The notes beneath the pieces are model-generated. The model had not been told where the DNA came from and searched no databases. It saw only the letters and a program-made list of their open reading frames with translations. The position numbers and the translations under genes are program-made. Shown in pieces: positions 60,066-64,000 of a stretch of DNA of 64,000 nucleotides. Location of the stretch: NCBI GenBank assembly GCA_047602425.1, contig JASGHG010000001.1, forward strand, positions 1,088,001-1,152,000, written 5' to 3'. This stretch comes from Nibricoccus sp. GTDB lineage: Bacteria; Verrucomicrobiota; Verrucomicrobiia; Opitutales; Opitutaceae. Positions within the stretch are counted from its first letter, which is position 1, and each line of letters starts with the position of its first letter.

Positions 60066-60380
60066 TCACGTCGCGGCGACCACCTTGCCGACATCGCGCA
60101 TTTTAGCGCCGGTGGCAAACAGAGCACGAAAGAGTAGATCGAGTGAAACCTCCGCCTCTGCCGCTTCCAATTTTGCGACCCGCGACTGACTGGACCCAAG
60201 GCGACGCGCGAGTTCCGCCTGGGAATAGTGCAGATGCAAACGACGGCGGCGCACCTCGTCAGCCAAAGACAGCCGCAATGATACCATCGAACTTTCCTCG
60301 GGAGAAAGGGCAAGAAATTGGTCAGCGGAACCCACCTTGAATCCAGCAGCTTCGAGACGTTGTTTTTTTTCGGGTTTCAT
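60066..60380 (-). CDS. XRE/HTH antitoxin (HigA-like)
   Basis: SQAELARRLGSSQSRVAKLE; ATGA overlap with the toxin. Confidence 0.88.
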   Translation of the reverse strand: MKPEKKQRLEAAGFKVGSADQFLALSPEESSMVSLRLSLADEVRRRRLHLHYSQAELARRLGSSQSRVAKLEAAEAEVSLDLLFRALFATGAKMRDVGKVVAAT

Positions 60381-60730
60381 GGGATAGATTGATACAATTT
60401 CAAGCGGCGCTTGCAGACTTCCAAGACAGATTGTGGGGTCTTCTGCGTCGTTTTTTTGTGAACATCGAGAATGACTACTGCATCGGTTGCGAGGTGGTAG
60501 AATATGCGCCAGTTATTACTTTCATCAGGGACACGCAACTCGTGACAGCGCGGTCCGATCATCGGCATGGGACGAGAATGTGGCAGGCCGAGACTTTCGC
60601 CCTGCTGCAATCGCCGCAGCAACATGCCAGCCTCGATCCGGGCCGCAGCCGAGAATGGAGGAGTCTTGATCTCTCCTTCAATCCAGACGAGCGGCTTGGC
60701 GGGTCCAAGCTTAGGGAATGAATATGTCAT
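60377..60730 (-). CDS. RelE/ParE-superfamily toxin (HigB/Gp49-like)
   Basis: PHSRPM...CHELRV...WRIFY...KKTTQKTP; toxin-first order. Confidence 0.88.
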   Translation of the reverse strand: MTYSFPKLGPAKPLVWIEGEIKTPPFSAAARIEAGMLLRRLQQGESLGLPHSRPMPMIGPRCHELRVPDESNNWRIFYHLATDAVVILDVHKKTTQKTPQSVLEVCKRRLKLYQSIP

Positions 60731-60755
60731 ATCTGATATATGTCAAGTCTGACAT
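60724..60755. promoter_or_regulatory. Tandem palindromic TA operator
   Basis: ATGTCATATCTGATAT plus ATGTCAAGTCTGACAT; contains TTGACA on the minus strand. Confidence 0.65.
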
Positions 60756-60761
60756 TTTTAC

Positions 60762-62120
60762 CTACTCACTGATGGCCTTCAGCCCCGCCGATGGGTTAAG
60801 CCGCACCTCAATGCGCTTCTTTTTGTCCACATAATGTGACGACGTGGTGCGAATATCGCGGTGGCCAAGATGCTGACGCGCAGCCTCGATTCCATGGTTT
60901 GAGGCGATCAACGAACCACTCTCTTTACGTAAAGCGTGGATAGCCTTCTTCTGGCGCACACCCTTCCCCCGCAGCCATTCGTGGAGATCGCGCCAGGTGC
61001 AATCGCAGCGGTAGTAATCATACGTCGCCTCGGGTCGTGCCTCGGCACCTTCCATGACAAATTCCGTCGTGTTTCCGGCTTTGAACGCCCGTATTATCTC
61101 AACCGCCTCCGGCGCAAGATCGACGATGCGCTGGCTCTCTTCGGTCTTGGGTTCGAAGTAGGCTGTACGGCGAATATGGAGGACGCCTTTCTCAAGGTCT
61201 ACCTGTTCCCACATGAGTAAATCCGCCTCTTTCCTCCGCAGACCGGCCCAAAGGCAAAGGGAGAGCGCGAGGTATTGCTGCGGGTGTTGCTCACGCAGCT
61301 CAGTGCCGGCACAGGCCAACAGCCATTCCGGACTGACTTCGGAATGATAACGTTCAGCCCCCGGATCTTTCATCTTTACCCCTGTTAATGGGTTTGGCGG
61401 CACCCGCACATTCAATATCTTAACTACGTCGTCTGTAAATAAAGAGCGGATAGAACGAAGATAAGACGCGGAAGATCGTTCCGCTGATTTGCGGCGAACA
61501 GGATCCGCTCCCGCCTTGGCCACATAAGCATTGCGCCACGCGATCACGGACTCCGGCGTTAACAGGTCGAGCCGTTGCCCGTCGATCTTGGCCAGCCACG
61601 ATTTCCGTCCTCCATGTACGTAATCGAATTTCGCACGCTTCGCTCGGCGCTTCAGTCCGGCCTCAAGTTTCGCAATATCCGAAATCATTTTACGCAGCTT
61701 CACAGCATACCGGCGCACAGTGATTGGCTTCAGATGGCTTCGCTTTAATACATCGGTAACAAATTCACCGACCGTGCAAAACTCTTCTTTAGGGACAAAA
61801 GCGGGCTTATATTTAGCCAGCGTGTTTTCCCATCCGTCGGCAACAATCGACAGGTAGATATCGCGCGCCTTTGTCGCCGCTGCCGATCGGTTGGCCGTGC
61901 TCAAGTTAAACCAATCTCGCCGACCACAAAATGCGACGCGGACATGCCACTCGGGCATTTCGACTGTCTTACCACCCCGGTCCTCATAGGTGCGATGGAC
62001 AAGTCTGTCTTTCCAGAAATCGGGATGGGTTTTGGCGCGTCGCCCGTTTTTCTGCAAATTTGTCTGGGCCATTTCTGGGCCACTTTTTTTGTCCTCAATT
62101 TTTTTATCCTGTCCGCTCAT
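60762..62120 (-). CDS. Tyrosine recombinase/integrase
   Basis: GLRRKEA (R), PKT (K), HALRK (H..R), LGH...T..HY; alternative start at 62072. Confidence 0.93.
   Translation of the reverse strand: MSGQDKKIEDKKSGPEMAQTNLQKNGRRAKTHPDFWKDRLVHRTYEDRGGKTVEMPEWHVRVAFCGRRDWFNLSTANRSAAATKARDIYLSIVADGWENTLAKYKPAFVPKEEFCTVGEFVTDVLKRSHLKPITVRRYAVKLRKMISDIAKLEAGLKRRAKRAKFDYVHGGRKSWLAKIDGQRLDLLTPESVIAWRNAYVAKAGADPVRRKSAERSSASYLRSIRSLFTDDVVKILNVRVPPNPLTGVKMKDPGAERYHSEVSPEWLLACAGTELREQHPQQYLALSLCLWAGLRRKEADLLMWEQVDLEKGVLHIRRTAYFEPKTEESQRIVDLAPEAVEIIRAFKAGNTTEFVMEGAEARPEATYDYYRCDCTWRDLHEWLRGKGVRQKKAIHALRKESGSLIASNHGIEAARQHLGHRDIRTTSSHYVDKKKRIEVRLNPSAGLKAISE
62062..62082 (+). repeat. Putative integrase arm-type site (right)
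   Basis: Identical 21-mer to 52553-52573. Confidence 0.7.
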
Positions 62121-62216
62121 GGCTACAACTCACATCGTAATTTACCTCTGAAATCAAGTATATAAGTGCGGTCACAAGCAGACAATTAAGGGCACTGTAA
62201 ATCGCCAAACCAAATA

Positions 62217-62262
62217 ACTGTTAATCACTTGGTCAAAGGTTCGATCCCTTCCCGGGCAGCCA
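62217..62262 (+). repeat. attR: duplicated 3' half of tRNA-Asn
   Basis: 45/46 match to 52462-52507 (one G>A). Confidence 0.95.
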
Positions 62263-62670
62263 ATTTTTGCGAAGGTCGAACCATCGACCGAATTGGTATA
62301 AGTTTCGGATAATAAGAGACTTTCTGAAAGAGAGATTTTAACCGAATACTGTTTGGTTCCAAAAATGGGGAGTTATGGCGATCACCCCTCCTTGCATTCC
62401 GGCTTCCTGACCATCCCACGGCTTAACCACTATTCTACTAACTAAGGCGCATAACAATTCCGTCTTTGAGCCGCAGGAAGAATCCCAACCACCGATCCAG
62501 ATCAACCAACGCCCTTGCGATTGCACCACGATTGAGGGCTGTTTCTTCCACGTGCTGTAGCGTCAGACTTAAAACGCGGATCTCGTCCTTCAGCTTTTGC
62601 TATTCCTCCAGCCGTAGGTTTAAACGATCGAGCATGCGGGCCGCTAACGCTGCCCTGCCCTTATCCAATA
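62225..62670 (-). pseudogene. Probable large serine recombinase C-terminal remnant
   Basis: Broken frames: RLNLRLEE*QKLKDEIRVL..., KTELLCALVSRIVV, ...DGSTFAKIGCPGRDRT running into the att site. Confidence 0.5.
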
Positions 62671-62696
62671 CAGGCCTCGAGGAAGAGCAGCGCCAC

Positions 62697-63341
62697 TCAG
62701 CGCGCCGTTTTTGCAGGGTTCCTTCGCCAGAGATCCGAGCGTAGCAGCCCCCACTCTGCATCGTGACGTGCTTCCACATGAAAACCCTCCGCCGCCAGCA
62801 GTTCATCGGGTACGACGAGCCGGTTGGCCGGTAAACCCACGGCCACGCGGAAAAACCGATACATCAGCCAGTGTACAAAGTGCGCGCGCTGCCGCGCCAG
62901 TCCTTGCGAGGGAATCGCAAAGTCCGTAACCAGCCAAATTGCGTCGTCGGTAGCGCAGTTCGCGAGTTTGGCAATCACACGGGGAAGCACATCGGCAGGA
63001 AAACAGTCGAGAAAAAAGCAGGTTACCACGGCGTCGTATTTCCGAAGCGCCTGCCACGACAGGACGTCCGCCAACACCCAGTCTATTTTAAACGAACCAC
63101 TATCTATCTTTATTTGTGCCTGCGTTAACATGCCTCGACTACGCTCAACACAAGTTAGTTGAGCGCCGGGGAATCGTCTCGTGCAGGCTGCCGCAAAACG
63201 TCCATGCCCTTCGCCCACGCTCAGAATATTTCGGCAACCTGCCAACGCCTCCAACCACTGCGTCCGCGCACGTTGTAAACGTGCACCTGCCGTGACTGCT
63301 TCAAGCCAATCGTAGTGGGGAGCCAGCCGATCGAAATTCAT
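62697..63341 (-). CDS. Class I SAM-dependent methyltransferase
   Basis: FDRLA..YD, ILSVGEGHG, VE.S..ML, FFLDCF. Confidence 0.88.
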   Translation of the reverse strand: MNFDRLAPHYDWLEAVTAGARLQRARTQWLEALAGCRNILSVGEGHGRFAAACTRRFPGAQLTCVERSRGMLTQAQIKIDSGSFKIDWVLADVLSWQALRKYDAVVTCFFLDCFPADVLPRVIAKLANCATDDAIWLVTDFAIPSQGLARQRAHFVHWLMYRFFRVAVGLPANRLVVPDELLAAEGFHVEARHDAEWGLLRSDLWRRNPAKTAR

Positions 63342-63697
63342 CGTATATTCCATATCAACCAAGCGACTAGTGCGCCGCTCGTATACGCCACCACGTCCCA
63401 GAGGTCGCCGGTCGCATGAGAAAATAGAAGCGGCCCGATGATTTCAGCGGCGACCGACCAAATGACCAGATGCAAAAGCACTTCCTTTCCGTTTGGTTTG
63501 GCATCGGAACGACGAAGCCGGAGCTTGCGCTGCACCCACAGCACCAACGGGAGCGCCGCCGGAATCAGCAAGGAATCGTTGAAGTGATTGCGAAGAAATG
63601 GGCCTTTAAAAGTCGCAGGCAAACACCAGCGATTGGCAGCATAGAGCACACAGGCGACAAGGCAAACCGGGTCGAGCGCATAGCGATACTTTGTCAC
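63338..63697 (-). CDS. Small membrane protein
   Basis: GTG start; 3-4 hydrophobic helices; GDLWDVVAY; ATGA overlap with the methyltransferase. Confidence 0.7.
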   Translation of the reverse strand: MTKYRYALDPVCLVACVLYAANRWCLPATFKGPFLRNHFNDSLLIPAALPLVLWVQRKLRLRRSDAKPNGKEVLLHLVIWSVAAEIIGPLLFSHATGDLWDVVAYTSGALVAWLIWNIR

Positions 63698-63818
63698 AAT
63701 AAAGCGCAAATCGCCAAGCCGAACCCCAAAGCCAGCAGACCCTTCAGAACAGGAGTGGAATAGATAAACCAAGAGTAATGCGTCATAAAAAATTCTGAGA
63801 ATTGGAAACCGTGCATTC

Positions 63819-64000
63819 TTAGTTCTTGTTGTTGGTTTTGGAGCGCAATGGCCCATGTTCGCGATGATGCTCGGCGTGGCGGTGGCGCATCCTTGCCGCA
63901 AGGATTTCCGCTCGGCCAAGATAACCGATAATTTTCAAAGTGCCACCGCGCTCAACCACAGGCAGCCGCCCGATATCGCGTTGCAGCATTTTATTCATCG
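63819..64000 (-). CDS. C-terminal CBS domain of a gene entering from the right (possibly ClC channel)
   Basis: Read manually: MNKMLQRDIGRLPVVERGGTLKIIGYLGRAEILAAR...*. Confidence 0.65.
   Translation of the reverse strand, partial: MNKMLQRDIGRLPVVERGGTLKIIGYLGRAEILAARMRHRHAEHHREHGPLRSKTNNKN

Larger units (their letters stand above)
52462..62262. mobile_element. Integrative mobilizable element (~9.8 kb) in tRNA-Asn
   Basis: 46-bp direct repeats at 52462-52507 and 62217-62262; integrase, relaxase, TA pair and excisionase-like gene inside; no T4SS or coupling protein seen. Confidence 0.9.

Noticed and set aside
62217..62262. Second tRNA-Asn gene
   Set aside because: Only the 3' 46 nt are present; it is the att duplication

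Overview
GC-rich bacterial chromosome segment. Gene content and order (rplY-pth-rpsF-ssb without rpsR, many TonB/ExbBD proteins, pectin-degrading enzymes, MoxR-vWA-DUF4159 cluster) suggest Verrucomicrobiota, Opitutaceae-like; this is inference, not verified. Core genes: def, PIN-PhoH, tcdA, hslO, msrA, pyrE, ssb, rpsF, pth, rplY and five tRNAs (Pro-CGG, Gln-CTG, Thr-TGT, Lys-CTT, Asn-GTT). Other loci: a four-gene two-component cluster, pectin genes (two PL1 lyases, GH88/105, esterase), an ExbB-ExbD-ExbD-TonB-TPR operon with two coiled-coil paralogs, a triple-TonB_C protein divergent from a TonB-dependent receptor, and a ~13 kb MoxR/DUF58/vWA operon headed by a pseudo-caspase-transglutaminase fusion and bracketed by two DUF4159 paralogs. 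A ~9.8 kb integrative mobilizable element sits in tRNA-Asn, with 46-bp att repeats, identical 21-bp arm-like repeats, a tyrosine integrase, a MobF relaxase-helicase, a HigBA-like TA pair, a candidate activator and a secreted ankyrin cargo gene. It is followed by a decayed serine-recombinase remnant reading into the same att site. Non-coding oddities: tandem perfect DnaA boxes on the PhoH start, a candidate sRNA, a 27-bp palindrome and a degenerate 21-bp array. Family assignments come from motif recognition only; no searches were run.
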